Source of the DNA: Balamuthia mandrillaris
Lineage: Eukaryota
Assembly (NCBI GenBank): GCA_031835245.2
Contig: JAVKOQ020000002.1
Span: 558,001 to 622,000, forward strand
Direction of reading: 5' to 3'
DNA: 64,000 bases
Shown here: in pieces, positions 10,325-22,740 of the stretch
How the letters are laid out: each line of letters starts with the position of its first letter
Position numbering within the stretch: position 1 is the stretch's first letter
Program-made: the position numbers and the translations under genes
The notes under the pieces: model-generated
What the model was told of the DNA's origin: nothing
Seen by the model: only the letters and a program-made list of their open reading frames with translations
Database searches by the model: none

Positions 10325-12481
10325 TCATTGCGAGGTCTCTTCTTCGCTTGAGCTACTGATGGAACCAGCCGGTTGGGAAGAAAGCGGGGTGACGTGTTTG
10401 CCTTCTATCTTTTTGGTGCCCGTGTTGTTGATGTTGGTGGGGAGGCTGTCTGACTTTCGCACAGAAAGCTTGTGGTTGACGAACAGATCTATCCAGAAAC
10501 GTTTCCAGAACTTCAAGTTGTCATGCGACAGAGTAAAGATAAGACTCACCCAAAACCCTTAAACAACAAAGAAAGAATATGAGAAAAATAGAAACGAAAA
10601 AGCAAAAAAAAAAAAAACAAAAAAAAACTTACCTCCAGAAACGTCAAAGAACAAAGCCAAATAAGTCAGAGGAAAGTTTGTGGTGGTTTCATAGTGGCAA
10701 CCAGCACCATCAGCTGCTGTTAATGAACAATTAATCCATTCTATCACAGTGTCTTTGACGTCGTCGAACTGAGAATGATTGTAAAAGCTGACCATGATCG
10801 GGAAGAGATAAAACGTGAGAACCGCCAACGTGACAGCGACTAAACGCCATTGTGCACGAAATGCAGTTTTGCCATTCGTCTTTTAACAGAAATGCATTCA
10901 TTAGAAAGAAATAAAAGAGGACGAAGAGGGTTAACTTACTTTAAACACTTTGAATAGAACAACGATTAAGATAAACGTTCCAACCATGAAAATGATACTC
11001 AATGGTATTGTATACAATCCAACCTCCCACCATGAATCCGATTCAACATTGATGTCCGCCTTACCGTTATAACAAAAACTCATTATAACCTTCGTTTGAT
11101 GCATGAAAATGAAAAGCAAGAAAGAGACTGACCTTCCAAGTACAAAAGAGTTCGCCATAGTTACCTCCGAGTTTGTCCACAGAGAGACCGATGATGACGA
11201 CCAAAGTGGGCAAACCCCAGCCAAATCCATGATGGAAGGCCAAACGCCACCACGGTATCACCAACTCTTGTGTCGTAACTATGATCAACATATTGATGCA
11301 GAGGTTCAACCACCACACCGCTGTTGCCCAGGTTGACCACACGAAGAATACAGCTGTTCACATCATTAAGAGACAATAATACATTAGAATCAGAAGAACG
11401 GAAGAACGGAAGAATAAAGACTACCAAAAGCTTCACAAGCAGGAGCCCCAAAGTCGAAACCAGCACCATCGGTTACACAATAGAAATCCTCCCATCCATA
11501 CAACGTCCCCCAACAAAGCGTAAATGCTGTCAACGTAAAACAAATTCCCAACCACGGAGTCTGAATGTTGAAGGACAACAGACGAATAAGGAGAAGAAGA
11601 AGAAGAAGAAGAAGAAAAAGAAAAAGAACAAGAACAAGAAAAAGAAAAAGAAAAAGAAAAAGAAAAAGAAAAAGAAAAAGAAGACGAAGAAGCAGAACAA
11701 GAAGCAGAACAAGAACAAGAAGAAGCCAAGAACAAGAGCGAAAACCGAGAAAAGCAAGACAAACCAGGTTGTTCCGAAAGTCACGGCGAGCAGGATTCAA
11801 AAACTGAGTCAGCAACAAAAACATGGTGGAAGCCAACGAGAACCAACAAAATACCGAGGCGGTCCCTATGAAAGCATCCCATTCCTTATCGGTATAAGAC
11901 ACATCCAAGCAAGGAAGATCGCAGTAGCCCTCAAACGTGACCAGTCCCTCTGGGCAAGCCACCAAAGGGAAAGAGCCGGTGTAAGGCAGAGCTGCGGTGC
12001 AAGGCTGGTCCATGGTGAACCATTCAGGCGGGCACTCGAACTCTGCGTCGTCGAAATCGGAGGTACAAGTGGAGGTTATGTCATCGCAGACGTAGGCGCA
12101 GATTTTCAGAGGGCCGGTCTGTGTTTCGTTGCATTGATAGTAACGGCTGCAAAGAGAACGAGCAACAACTGCTTGACATGGTGGCTTTGCGGAGGAAGAG
12201 AATTGAAACGCTATTCTGTAATGCATAATGCTGTTACCACAGAAGAAGAAAAAGCAGGAACAAAAAAGAGAAGAAGAGGCGTACTGCAGTTGTTCGTTTT
12301 GTAGGGCCAGTTGTCCTTCGGCTTCTTCCCAAACGGAGTAATTGACGTAGGGTTTGCAAAGGTCGATCACCACGGAGGGGTCGTGACAGGCCTGCGCATC
12401 CACGGGATGAACAACAAACCAGGCAGCGACGAGCAACCAAGGAAGGACCCCTGTGGCCCACCACGCGTTTGTCCCTGTCAT
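10325..12481 (-). CDS. Frizzled/Smoothened-like (class F) 7TM receptor with Cys-rich ectodomain
   Basis: Signal peptide, Cys-rich domain (C..LCKPYV..LCSRYYQC..ICAYVC..C), linker CPEGL..CDLPC, TM segments, WWLNLC, FHHGFGWGLP, C-terminal NLKFWKRFW resembling the Smoothened helix 8 pattern. Confidence 0.85.
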
Positions 12482-13005
12482 CTTTGTTCGGTTGTCCACA
12501 GTAGCTCCAAAATATCAAAAGGAAAAAGATTAGACGAAGAAAAAAACAAACCCAAGTAATCTTGTGATTGTTGTACAAAATTCCCCGAAGCATCCTGATT
12601 GGTTACCCGATAGTATTTAATTGCCCTTGATCACTCCGTAATTTACCCTATTGGCCAAAAAACAGGCTAAAAGCCCCATTTTAAAAAAATTGCCCCGCCC
12701 CGTTCGTCCAAGAGCACTACATTGGGGGTCCGGAGAAGGAGAGCGAAGAAAGGAGAGAACGGAGAACCACCCGGAACGAAGTACCCTTGTTGCCCGGAAG
12801 AATGGTATGAGTCGCCGATCAAACCTTGTTATAGAACAACACCCGTTTGCACGGTGGTTGTCCTTCGTTTTCATTGGTGCTTTCTTCTTCTTTTGCTGTT
12901 CGTTTCCTCGCGAATGGGGGAATTTGTTCGTACTGTTGGCAAGCAACAGCGTGAAATGATGGTAGAGAACAGAAGAAGAAATAAGAAAGCATACAACAAG
13001 GCAAT

Positions 13006-15018
13006 TTAATAGCTGGCACGCATTTTTCCGGTGATGGGGCAAACGTTGCCCATGCCTCGCGCGTGGTTGCTGTAGCGATCCACGTCGAGGGCCAATGCAC
13101 GAACGACAGCCCGTTCTTTGGGAGTCTCGTGGGAGGAAAGGTTTTTGTGGAGATAACGCTTGCACCACACTTTGACGGCCAACACATCTGCGGAATGTCC
13201 TTCGTCGTCTGTCCCTGCATCGACAGATAGGAGAGAAAAACCTTAGACACATAAAAGCAGAGAAAGTGCAACGAAAAGCAGGAAAGAGAAGAGAAGAGAA
13301 GAGAATGAAGATGGAACGAAAGCAGGAAAAAGAGTATCCCGAACCTCCATTGCCAGGCCATACAGCTTGGGCAATCAGCAAAGCAGCACAAAAGGTGCTC
13401 GACATGGCATAAGCCAAGTCCCTGGCATTGGACTCCGCAAAGGCGATGTCCCCCTCCTCATCCAACTTGTTCATCATCACATCCACAAACTTGAATATCT
13501 CATCTATGTTTTCCTCCACTTGTGTTGCGAACGGGCGAACTACTGGAAGAAGACGGGTGGACTGAAGACACTGCTGAATGACGTTCTTGAACTCATTCAA
13601 AGCACGAGGATACCTTTGCAACACCCGCAGAAGATCCAGCGAGAGCACGTTGGTTGTGCCCTCCCAAATGGTGTTGACTTGTTGATCCCTCAATCCGGCA
13701 GGGAGGTCGGTGGCGTCCTCCATATATCCTGCTCCTCCCAAGCACTCGAGGCACTCGCTGGCCACTTTCACTCCGTTCTTGGCCGTAAAGAGCTTCAACA
13801 GGGGAGTGAGCAAGCGAAGTACATCCTTATCCTCAGGCGAAGCTGTTCCCGCCTCCACGCGTCCTTGCAACATGGCCACATGGAATAAGAATTGCATGTT
13901 GCCGCGATAGAGCACGTCCAATTCAGCTAGTGTCTTGAGATGAAGAGGATGCTCTGCCAGCGGCTTGCCAAAGCTTCGTCGCCGATGAGCATAGTCCCTG
14001 GCTACAGCGATGCCCTTACGCATGGCAGAGGTAGAGCCTACAGCTGCCCATATCCTAGTCACGTTGAAGAGATCAGCAATAGTAGGGACACCACGACCCG
14101 GTCGTCCAATAAGATGAGCAGGAGTGCCGCACAACTCCAGCTCCGCGGTGGGCAAAGTCTTTGTGCCCAACTTCTCTTTCAGCCTATGAATCTTGATACG
14201 ATCTAATTTACCATCGTCCTTCCTCAGTTTGATGTAAAAGAGGGACAAGCCTTTGCTTCCAGGGACCGCCTTGTTGTTGTTGGTAGAGTCTTGGATGCGG
14301 GCAAGACCAAAGGCCACTTCGGAGAGCGTGGCGGAGGTGAAGTACTTGTATCCGTGTAGAAGATACATATCGGAGGGCGCATCGGGCGGAAGACCGACTT
14401 TAGTGGCAACCGTTTCGGTGTTACCCACGTCGGAGCCGCCCGTTCGTTCAGTCATCCATTGGCCGGACGTCCAGAAGACATTCTTGTCTCGGGAGGTAAG
14501 GTGCTCAAATACTTCTTGCAGAATTCCTGCTTTCTGTCCCGCACTATCATACCAGAGGGAGGAGAGAGAGAGAGAGAGAGATATCAACAAAACGATTAAG
14601 AAAGAATCACAATACAAAAATATCAAACCTAGGGTTCATAGCGGCACCAAAAAGCTCGCAAAGACGAGCAGCTCCATCAGTCATGGCGAGAGGGCAGGAA
14701 TATAAAGCCGAGTAAGGAGCAAACATATGAACCTTCGCTATCTGATGGACACGACTGTTTGAAAAAGTTAAAAAGATGAGGTTTAAAAAAAACAGGCACG
14801 AAGTGCAACAAAAAAAAGTTTTTAGGGGGAAACAAACCTCCACTCTCCATGACGACGCTCATAAGGGATGGCAATGAGGCCTTCCTCAGCAGAGACGTCG
14901 TTCAGGCGGAACCAACCCTCTCCAATTTGGATCTCATCCAAGCGCCTTTTAGTGCGTGTGTTTGGCGAGAGAGAAGTGCTTTCGGTTAGACCAACAGAAC
15001 GAGAGGAAAAGGAAGCAG

Positions 15019-15056
<38 letters not shown>

Positions 15057-15404
15057 AAGAGACCTTCCCCAACCGTCATAATTGACCAATTTTGGTGGAT
15101 ATCTGGTCACATTTTTGGCTGCGTGCAGTGAAGCATGGCCGCGTCAGCTTTGAACAGAAAACGACACCACAAAACCAACCACACACAAAAAAACGGAGGG
15201 AGGGAGGGGGGGGATAGGCAGATGCGTTTTACCATGGGCGGCGCACTCGTGGACCACTCTATCGCCAAAGCTTTGCAAATCGGGCTCTATCTTGTCGAGC
15301 ACCTCGGCAGGCACGATGCGTTGCAATATCTCGCGCAGCACATTGTCCTCCAGGTACTGGTTGCCCAAACGGGGTGGGTCTTGCAAGAAGCCCGGCACTT
15401 CCAT
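13006..15404 (-). CDS. AidB-like acyl-CoA dehydrogenase, multi-exon
   Basis: FLQDPPRLGNQY, SCPLAMTDGAA, TSGQWMTERTGGSDV, GYKYFTSA, RLKEKLGTKTLPTAELEL, ECLGGAGYMED, IWEGTTNVLSLD. Confidence 0.93.
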
Positions 15405-15576
15405 TTGGCTGCCTGCTTCGCTTTGCTTCGCTTTTCTTTTCTTGGATAAAATTCGCCGCGGAGGAATCCGAAGAATTAATTTGTCGACTATGATCTGGGT
15501 TGAGATGCGATCAATTTCAAAGCGCCAATCCACAATCAATTCAATGTACGCATTTATTTTCTTTTTTGTTTGTGCT

Positions 15577-17247
15577 TTACAAATCCTCATCGTAAATATC
15601 ATCACCATCATCATTGTCTTCATCCTCTTCGACTTCAACCGCAGCACCTGGACATCCGTTTTCCTCCAAGTACTCTAACATTTCGCTGGATTGTGCCTCA
15701 TTGTAAGCTCGCCGATTCCAGGGGCATCCGTTCTCATGCAACCATTCCATCACCTCCACTGAATCTCCTCTTGCTGCATAAACGCAAGTTTTCTCGTTGC
15801 AGGGGCATCCCTCCGTTTTGGCCCATTTCACCACGTCTAGGTGGCCGTTGGATGCGGCTGCATACAGTGTACATTCATCCCAAGGGCACCCGTGCTCGTG
15901 AGCCCACTGAAGCACTTGAAGGTTTCCATATTTTGCTGCTTCTACACAGGTGCGACTATCCCAAGGGCATCCCTGCTCTCGAGCCCATTGAAGCATTTCC
16001 AAATTGTTGTTTGCTGCTGCCACTTCGCACACCATCTTGTTGCAGGGACAGCCGTTCTCATGAGCCCACTTGAGCAGCTCAAAGTGACCATGGCGGGCCG
16101 CTATAACAGACGTATTCTCATCCCACGGACAGCCGTTCTTGTGAGCCCACTTGAGCACATGCAGAAGATTGTGCTTTGCCGCCTCCTCGCAGACCTGCTT
16201 GTTCCAAGGACAGCCATTCTCCCGAACCCATTGCAGAGCTTCTAAGTTACCGAGAGAAGCCAGAGAGATGCACGTGCTTTCGTCCCAGGGGCATCCTGTC
16301 TTTTCACGAAGCCATTGAAGCAACTGCAGCTGTCCTTCAGCAGCAGCAGCGGCGCACACCCGTTCATTAAAGAAGCTCTTCTCTCTGTCATTGCGGGCAG
16401 CCCACTCCAAAAACTCACGGTCTTCACGCAGAATTGCCTGCTTGCACATTGCTAAACCATCCGCAGGATATCCGTTCATGAATGCCCACTTGTGCATTTC
16501 CCACACTTCTCTGTTCTTCTCATACTTGTTGTTCGGCCTCGCTATGGGCATCCAGAGGCCACGGTGCCATGAAAGGCCATTCTCACGAGCCCATTTCAGA
16601 ACGTGCACGTTTGGTGCATGTGCACACACACCCCAGTCCAAAGGAATGCCCTGTTCATGAGCCCACTTTAAGACGTGCAGGTGTCCATGCTGGGAGGCGG
16701 TCCATCCGATGGCCTGGCTCATGCTTTCATCCCAGCACGAGGGGCTAACCATGCTGCGCAGCTTTTGCAAAAGGGCGAGGTCCCCTCTCCTTGCCGCGGC
16801 CATGAGAAGTTTGCGGGTCTGACCTTGCACGCCCATTGGACTTCCGTTCTTCAGCGCCCATAGAAACATCTCGGTGGAGTCATGCATCAGGCTGACATTC
16901 AACTTTCTTCGCTTCTCTGCTGAAACGCGATTGAAGAGGTGTTTGTTTACTCTGGCCAAAACCGGGAGATACTTGGGAGGCATGTACTCCAACATCAGGT
17001 CTAACAGTTCCAACGAGCAATCCTCAAAAGAGTTCTGACGTTCGCTAGCGGAGAGTTTGTGTGGGAGCTCCTTCTGTTGAGTGGCATCGGTATGTATCTC
17101 CTCTTCCTTCTTCGTAACCGTTGTAGTAATCGTGCTGGTCCTACGTTTCTTCATTGGCGCCCTTGTCTTATCCTCTTCATTTTGTTCGTTGAGCGGCGCC
17201 TCCTGCTCTTCGTTGCTGTCGTTCTCGCCACGACCCTTGCATTCCAT
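15577..17247 (-). CDS. Intronless F-box-like + ankyrin-type repeat protein (giant-virus/amoeba GCPW family)
   Basis: F-box-like FEDCSLELLDLMLEYMPPKYLPVLARVNKHL, then about ten ~25-aa repeats AA..G.L..LKWA.ENGCPW and an acidic tail. Confidence 0.88.
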   Translation of the reverse strand: MECKGRGENDSNEEQEAPLNEQNEEDKTRAPMKKRRTSTITTTVTKKEEEIHTDATQQKELPHKLSASERQNSFEDCSLELLDLMLEYMPPKYLPVLARVNKHLFNRVSAEKRRKLNVSLMHDSTEMFLWALKNGSPMGVQGQTRKLLMAAARRGDLALLQKLRSMVSPSCWDESMSQAIGWTASQHGHLHVLKWAHEQGIPLDWGVCAHAPNVHVLKWARENGLSWHRGLWMPIARPNNKYEKNREVWEMHKWAFMNGYPADGLAMCKQAILREDREFLEWAARNDREKSFFNERVCAAAAAEGQLQLLQWLREKTGCPWDESTCISLASLGNLEALQWVRENGCPWNKQVCEEAAKHNLLHVLKWAHKNGCPWDENTSVIAARHGHFELLKWAHENGCPCNKMVCEVAAANNNLEMLQWAREQGCPWDSRTCVEAAKYGNLQVLQWAHEHGCPWDECTLYAAASNGHLDVVKWAKTEGCPCNEKTCVYAARGDSVEVMEWLHENGCPWNRRAYNEAQSSEMLEYLEENGCPGAAVEVEEDEDNDDGDDIYDEDL

Positions 17248-17612
17248 CTCTGCTGCGTGCGTCAAGGAAAGAAAAGCGCTTCTTGAGCCAGAGGGGAACG
17301 ACGTGCTCAAACGGAGGCAACGTAGCAGAAGAAGAAAAAGAAGCGGCAGAAAAAAAAAAGAAGAAGAAGACAGAGGTCTGGGAGGCGTGCCAACCCCGTA
17401 ACGATCTGTCTTTCGCGTCGTCCCTGTTTTCTTTTGGGCTTCTCTTCGGTCTACACTAATTAAAAACATGCAGTCAGCAGATCATCCTACGAGCATAATA
17501 GGCTGTTTGGCGCCCAAAACCGTATTTTCCGTAATCCCACACAAACAAAAGGGGGAAGCGAACTTTGCCTCTAACGGTAACAAAAAAAAAAATAAGGGGA
17601 GAAGCAATAGGA

Positions 17613-20600
17613 ATGAAAGAGCGCAGAAGAAAGCGGAAGCGTTCCTCTGGTACTTCGCGGCAGCCCAAAACGCGTAGCGACGATGGTGCCAGCTCGTCTT
17701 CGTCGGCAACTTCCTGTGTAGAACTCGGCGGTAGGTTGATGTTCGTTGCGTAAACTCGGCACGGTCAAAGAGAGAGAGAGAGAGAGAGAGTTTTTGAGGG
17801 AGGAGAGAGTGATTTGTTTTACGAACCTTTCTTTTTTTTGTTTTGTTTTGTTTTTAACCACGCACGCTGAACTAGCAGAGAAGGAAACGGCCGAGCGTCT
17901 TGCAACAACACCGGAAACGAGTTTGTTGCAGTCACCCAACAAAAAGCAAAAACGAGAGCTTTCTGGTCAGGAAGAGCTTATGAAGCTTCGTGTATGGGAT
18001 CTGAAAGCGCAGCTACGAGCGTTGAAGCAAAGTACGACCGGTAAGAAGGAGCAGCTTGTGCAACGCCTTCTCGCTTGTCAGCAAGCTGACAAATTGGAGA
18101 ATGAGGAAGAAGAAAGCGAAAAGCAAGAACAAACAAAAGAAAAGGAAGAGATGGTGAAAGCCAACGAGGAAGAGAGCGATGAAACAAAGGCAGCACAAAA
18201 GAAAGTCAAAGAAGGCAATGGGAGGATGGATGAGGACAAGAAAGACGAAGAGCGGATGGAGGAGGAAGAAGAAAATAACCAAGAAGAAAGGAGAAAAGAA
18301 CAAACATATGAGGAAACGCGAGAGAAAGAAGCGACAGAGGACGTAGCCAAGAAACTTGGAAATACTGAAGAGCAGCAGCAAGAACACACGAACGATACAC
18401 AACATCACCTTGAAGAAAAAGAAGAACGCGAAACAAAAGATGAACCAACGACATCCAAGAAAGAAGCAAACTCACACGACCCAAACGGAAAGGATAACAC
18501 ACAAGCGCTGCAGCATACACCAACGCGGAAGAAGGGTGCACAAGGCCGTTTGAAGAAGAGAGTCAGTGAACCTGTTTTGATCGAAGATGGAGAAGAGCCA
18601 CTGGAAGGCAGTTGGCTCAGTTGCGACAAATGTGACAAATGGATCTACGCTCCTGATGACAACATCAAGGATATTTGGATATACGATGACAACAATCCCA
18701 ACCACGAGGAATACTATTGCGCTTCTTGTCGTCGGGAAGGAGAGAGAGCACAGAATGAGCAGAAGGTAGAGGAGGCATCAACAGAGAATACGGTGAACAA
18801 AGAAGTGACAGAGCGACATGGAGAGGCTTCCACTCGAAAAGATCAATTGGAAGTACCACCTATTTGTCTCTCGTTGTCCCCGAATGTCTCACCCAAAGAT
18901 GACACTCCTTCTGTGTTCTCTTCTCTCAACGTACGAAAGAAACGCCGAAGAAGACGAAGCAGCTACAGCACACCAAGAAAGAAATCCTCCAAAACAAAAC
19001 GCTGCTCACTCAGTCCCTCCAAAGAAAAAGAAAGAGAAATAGAAACAAAGGGAATGAAAGAACAAGAAGCAACAAAAGGAGAAGAGGAAGAAAGAAAAGA
19101 ATCGCATGAGAATGACGTAGCCGAAAAAGCAGAAGACATGGAAAACGGAGCAGATGAAGAAAACGAAGAAGCAACCATCCAAGTGTTGCCCGTAAGTGCT
19201 GAAGAGCTCAACAAAGAGCTAAGCTTTGTCTTCATGCCCACAAAACCTTCTGCCGAGGAGCTGCGAGGTCAACAATTTCGGTTTAGAGTCGGCCACGCTA
19301 CCTGCAAAGGAGGCAGAAATGAAAACCAGGACGCTTATATCGTACCCAACAAAGCCAGCGTAAAGCGTGGAGACATGCCTGTGTTTGCCGTGCTAGATGG
19401 GCATGGCATTCGTGGCAAGCCTGCCGCCATGGAAAGCGCCAGCATTATTGCTTCCACTATTGTCAGTCATTATAGAGAGAAGAAGAGGATGAGCAAGCCG
19501 AAGAAGGAACAGCAAAACAGAAAAGTAGAACGTGCTGCGGCCCAACCAAGCGAAACTTCTGGTCTGGATGATCATTTATCTTCTCTTGCAAATGCGGGGC
19601 AGAGAATAACTCGCAACAAAGCAAAAGCTGCTGGGTGTTCTACTTCGGCAAAGAACACAACCAATGGACAAACCTCAAACGAACCAACTTCATCTTCTTC
19701 ATCATCCTCTTCTATTTCTTCTACTACTTCTAATGATCCAGAAGAAGAGCTTCGCAAATGCATTCAAGAAAGTCTCGGCGCAGCTAATCAACGGCTGTTA
19801 CAACGAATGGAAAGAAGCGGCGAAGAATACGGCACAACTTGCGTGTTGGCTGTAGTCATGAGTTCTCGTCTCGTTCTGGCAAACGTAGGTGATTCCAGAG
19901 GCATTCTCTTTCGGACTCGTAAAGTAGGAAGATCGATGTCTCAACAACTTGTTCTCGCTTCTACCGACCATCGTCCTGCTGATGCTAATGAACGGTACTG
20001 CCATTGTTTTTTATTCTTTTTTTCTTTACTTGTTTGTTTACTTTTCGTCTCATGTTCTTTGTGCTTTCTATTTCTGTTTTTGTGACTTCTAATTTTTTGA
20101 TTAAAAAAATTAACTTCGCGTCTTGATTTAAACAAAGACAACGGATAGAAGGCTGTGGAGGTCGAGTAAAACCAAGTCGCGTAGTTGGCTATCGAGTGTA
20201 TCCAAAGGAAGGAGACTTTACTGTCGAAGAGGCCTCGCAGAAGCAGCTGGGTCTCGCCATGTCTCGCTCCCTTGGTCACCTCATTCTCAGCCGCTATGGC
20301 GTCTCACCCGAGCCTGAGTTCTTCACCGCTGATTTGGAAGACGGAGACAAACTTGTGCTTGCATGCGATGGGGTATCTATCACGCCTGCTTTCTTCTTCT
20401 CCTCCTCTTCCTTGTCTTCTGTATTGTAACAAGCAGTTTGTTGATGCATTCAACTGAAGATATGGGATGTATTGAGCACGGAGGACGTAATGCATTTGGT
20501 GAATTTGTATGCAGGCCAAGATCCGCAGCAGGCATGCCGGGCGCTGGTCACAGAGGCAGAGAGACGGTGGAAGAAAAAGGGATCGAGAGCAGACAACATG

Positions 20601-20636
20601 ACCGCCGTCGTTGTCTTTTTTAATCGATGTGTTTAA
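17613..20636 (+). CDS. SAP domain + PHD-like Cys cluster + PP2C (PPM) phosphatase
   Basis: SAP: LMKLRVWDLKAQLRALKQSTTGKKEQLVQRL. Cys cluster: WLSCDKCDKW..YYCASC. PP2C motifs: GGRNENQDAY, AVLDGHG, GTTCVLAV, ANVGDSRG, DHRP, LAMSRSLG, LACDG|IWDVLS, DNMTAVVV. Confidence 0.85.
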
Positions 20637-20806
20637 GGTTTTGCTATGTTTTGGTATGTTCTCTTTTTTCTTTTTTCTGCCCTTTTCCCTTTATCTTTTC
20701 TACTATAACATTATTATTTATACTTTTTCTCAAACCAAAACAATTGCAGATAAGAGAAAATTAAAAATTGCTGTACAAAAAAGCTTTGTTCTCTCTACAC
20801 TCAAAC

Positions 20807-22199
20807 CTACTTAGCAGGAGTAGTATTGACGGCAATCTTTTGCAAGAGTTCCATCATTTGCCTTCTCTCTGCGATTTGTTCCTCGGTATCTCCACCGACA
20901 CTTTCGGAGATGGAGAAAGTAGGCTGCACGTGTGACTCGCTGCAAATGACGGCCAATAGGTTGCTGATGAGCTTGGATTGATCCGCTTGCGAGATATGAA
21001 TGCCGGCATCCATCAACTCATGAATGGCCCCTAGTATGAACAAACGTAAGTTAACCATATTTTTTTTTGTTTGTTTTGTGTTTTGGTACGTACCGTCAAC
21101 GATGGAGACAGCGCCGTGCACGATGGTGGAACGAGCTTCCACGAGGGCGTTGGCCTGTTGTCGAACCAACATGCCTTGGGCTATCTCTGGTGCATACTGT
21201 TGTTGTTTTGTTTTGTTTTTTTTTTTTTTTTCAAAATGAGACAAAAGTTATACCGAAAGAAAGAAGAGACAAAAGTAACCTGCAAGTCAGCAAGTTCGTA
21301 GGAAATGATGCGAGCGCCGCACACATCGCCCTTCCTCTGCAACAACTGAACGAGAATCTGGCTGATCTCCTCGCTCTCTGATTGAAGGGATTTGCCATTC
21401 TTGGCTTCATAGGGATACATCGAACAGACTCTCTTCAACACCGCCAAGCTTTGCCTCTCCAGGTATTTATTGTAGTCGTCCACATCTGTTATTATGAAGA
21501 GAGAGAGAGAGAGAGGAGAGAAGAACAATCAGAGAAGAAAGATGGAGAATGAGAGCAAGAGAAGAAAGAAGAAAAGTTTTACCAAAGGCAGCTTTAACCG
21601 TGTCAGTGATCTGGTACGTAACGATGCCGCCGACCACGATGGGGTTGCCGTTCTGGTCAAGGACGGTGCTCCTTTTGATATCCAACGTTTGCATGCTTGT
21701 CGAGACGTACTTCACCTGCCTGCCAAACACCGGGAACCAGTACATGCCTTAACAGGGACAGATACCACGCAAGGCATAAGAAAAGAAGCAAAAATGAAGA
21801 AAGAGCAAAGACGAAAGGGAAGAGAAGGTGTTACCTGGCGTTCGGTAGACGCGAACCAAAGTACCCCAGAACACCACCAACCCATGTTGTTGTGGCGATA
21901 CCTTGTTTTTTTTTTAAAAGAAAAACAACAGAGTGAGACAAAGAAAACAGTTGTGGTGGGACTGAGTGTGTGTGTCAACGTACAGTGAAGAAACTGCCGA
22001 AGATGGGTAGCACGGTGATGAACCACAACAAGTTCCAAAGCACGCCCAACACGCTCACGCTGCCGAGCGTGGCGTTGTTGGTGGTGTCCACTTTGGCCTC
22101 GCCAGAGGTCAACTTGTCCATGGTGGCCTCATCCAAGAGGTCCTCCTCCTCCAAGCTGGCAAATCGGTGTTGCTTGTTGCGTGTCGTCATTTCGAACAT
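20807..22199 (-). CDS. SPFH/band-7 (stomatin-like) membrane protein, multi-exon
   Basis: Hydrophobic N-terminal segment, TVLDQNGNPIVVGGIVTYQITDTVKAAF, LADLQ|YAPEIAQGMLVRQQANALVEARSTIVHGAVSIV. Confidence 0.87.
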
Positions 22200-22604
22200 A
22201 CAAAAAAATAAAAATAAACCTTCTTCTCCTGCTTCAACTTGGCGTTGTTACTTTCGTGTTTTGTCTGTCTGTTGGGTTATCAAACAACTACTACTACTTT
22301 AGTTTTTTTATAGTGGGTTGACCCTCCCTTAAACTGGTCATTAGAGATAAATAAGAAAAGCGTCACGAATCGTTACAAATGTCCAAAAGCAGAGCGTCTA
22401 ACAAAGCAATCGTAGGAACCATCGGCCTCCTTTTCTGCGCCGTCAACTTCTCCTTGAGAGGAGCCCATTGGTGGCCGTCCGCTGCCCAACTTTTCCGACT
22501 TTGTCGTTCATTCATTTTGTTTTTCGAAGAAAGTGGCAGGAGGTTCGCACCAGTTTCCTGTTTTTTTTACCAACTTAAAACTTATGACTCCTCAAAAGTA
22601 AAAT

Positions 22605-22631
22605 GTGTCGACACCAATTTAATGTCGACAT
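22605..22631. promoter_or_regulatory. Pair of palindromes GTGTCGACAC / ATGTCGACAT in the divergent SPFH-GPAA1 intergenic region (candidate cis-element)
   Basis: The same TGTCGAC(A) core recurs in several other intergenic regions (see findings). Function is inferred only. Confidence 0.35.
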
Positions 22632-22740
22632 ATTAATTGCATGCTCTCGTATCTTGTCTCACGTCCATCCGGCAGCCAAAAAAAAGGGGACAAGAGAGAA
22701 GAGGGAGGAAAGCAAAGAAAAAAGCAAGCGTGGCAGCGAG

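Noticed and set aside
15660..16330. 75-nt periodic repeats resembling a CRISPR-like array
   Set aside because: They are coding ankyrin-type repeats within one ORF, with no invariant repeat/unique spacer structure and no cas genes.
17506..17520. E2F-like TTTGGCGC site in a divergent promoter
   Set aside because: A single short match that could easily be chance.
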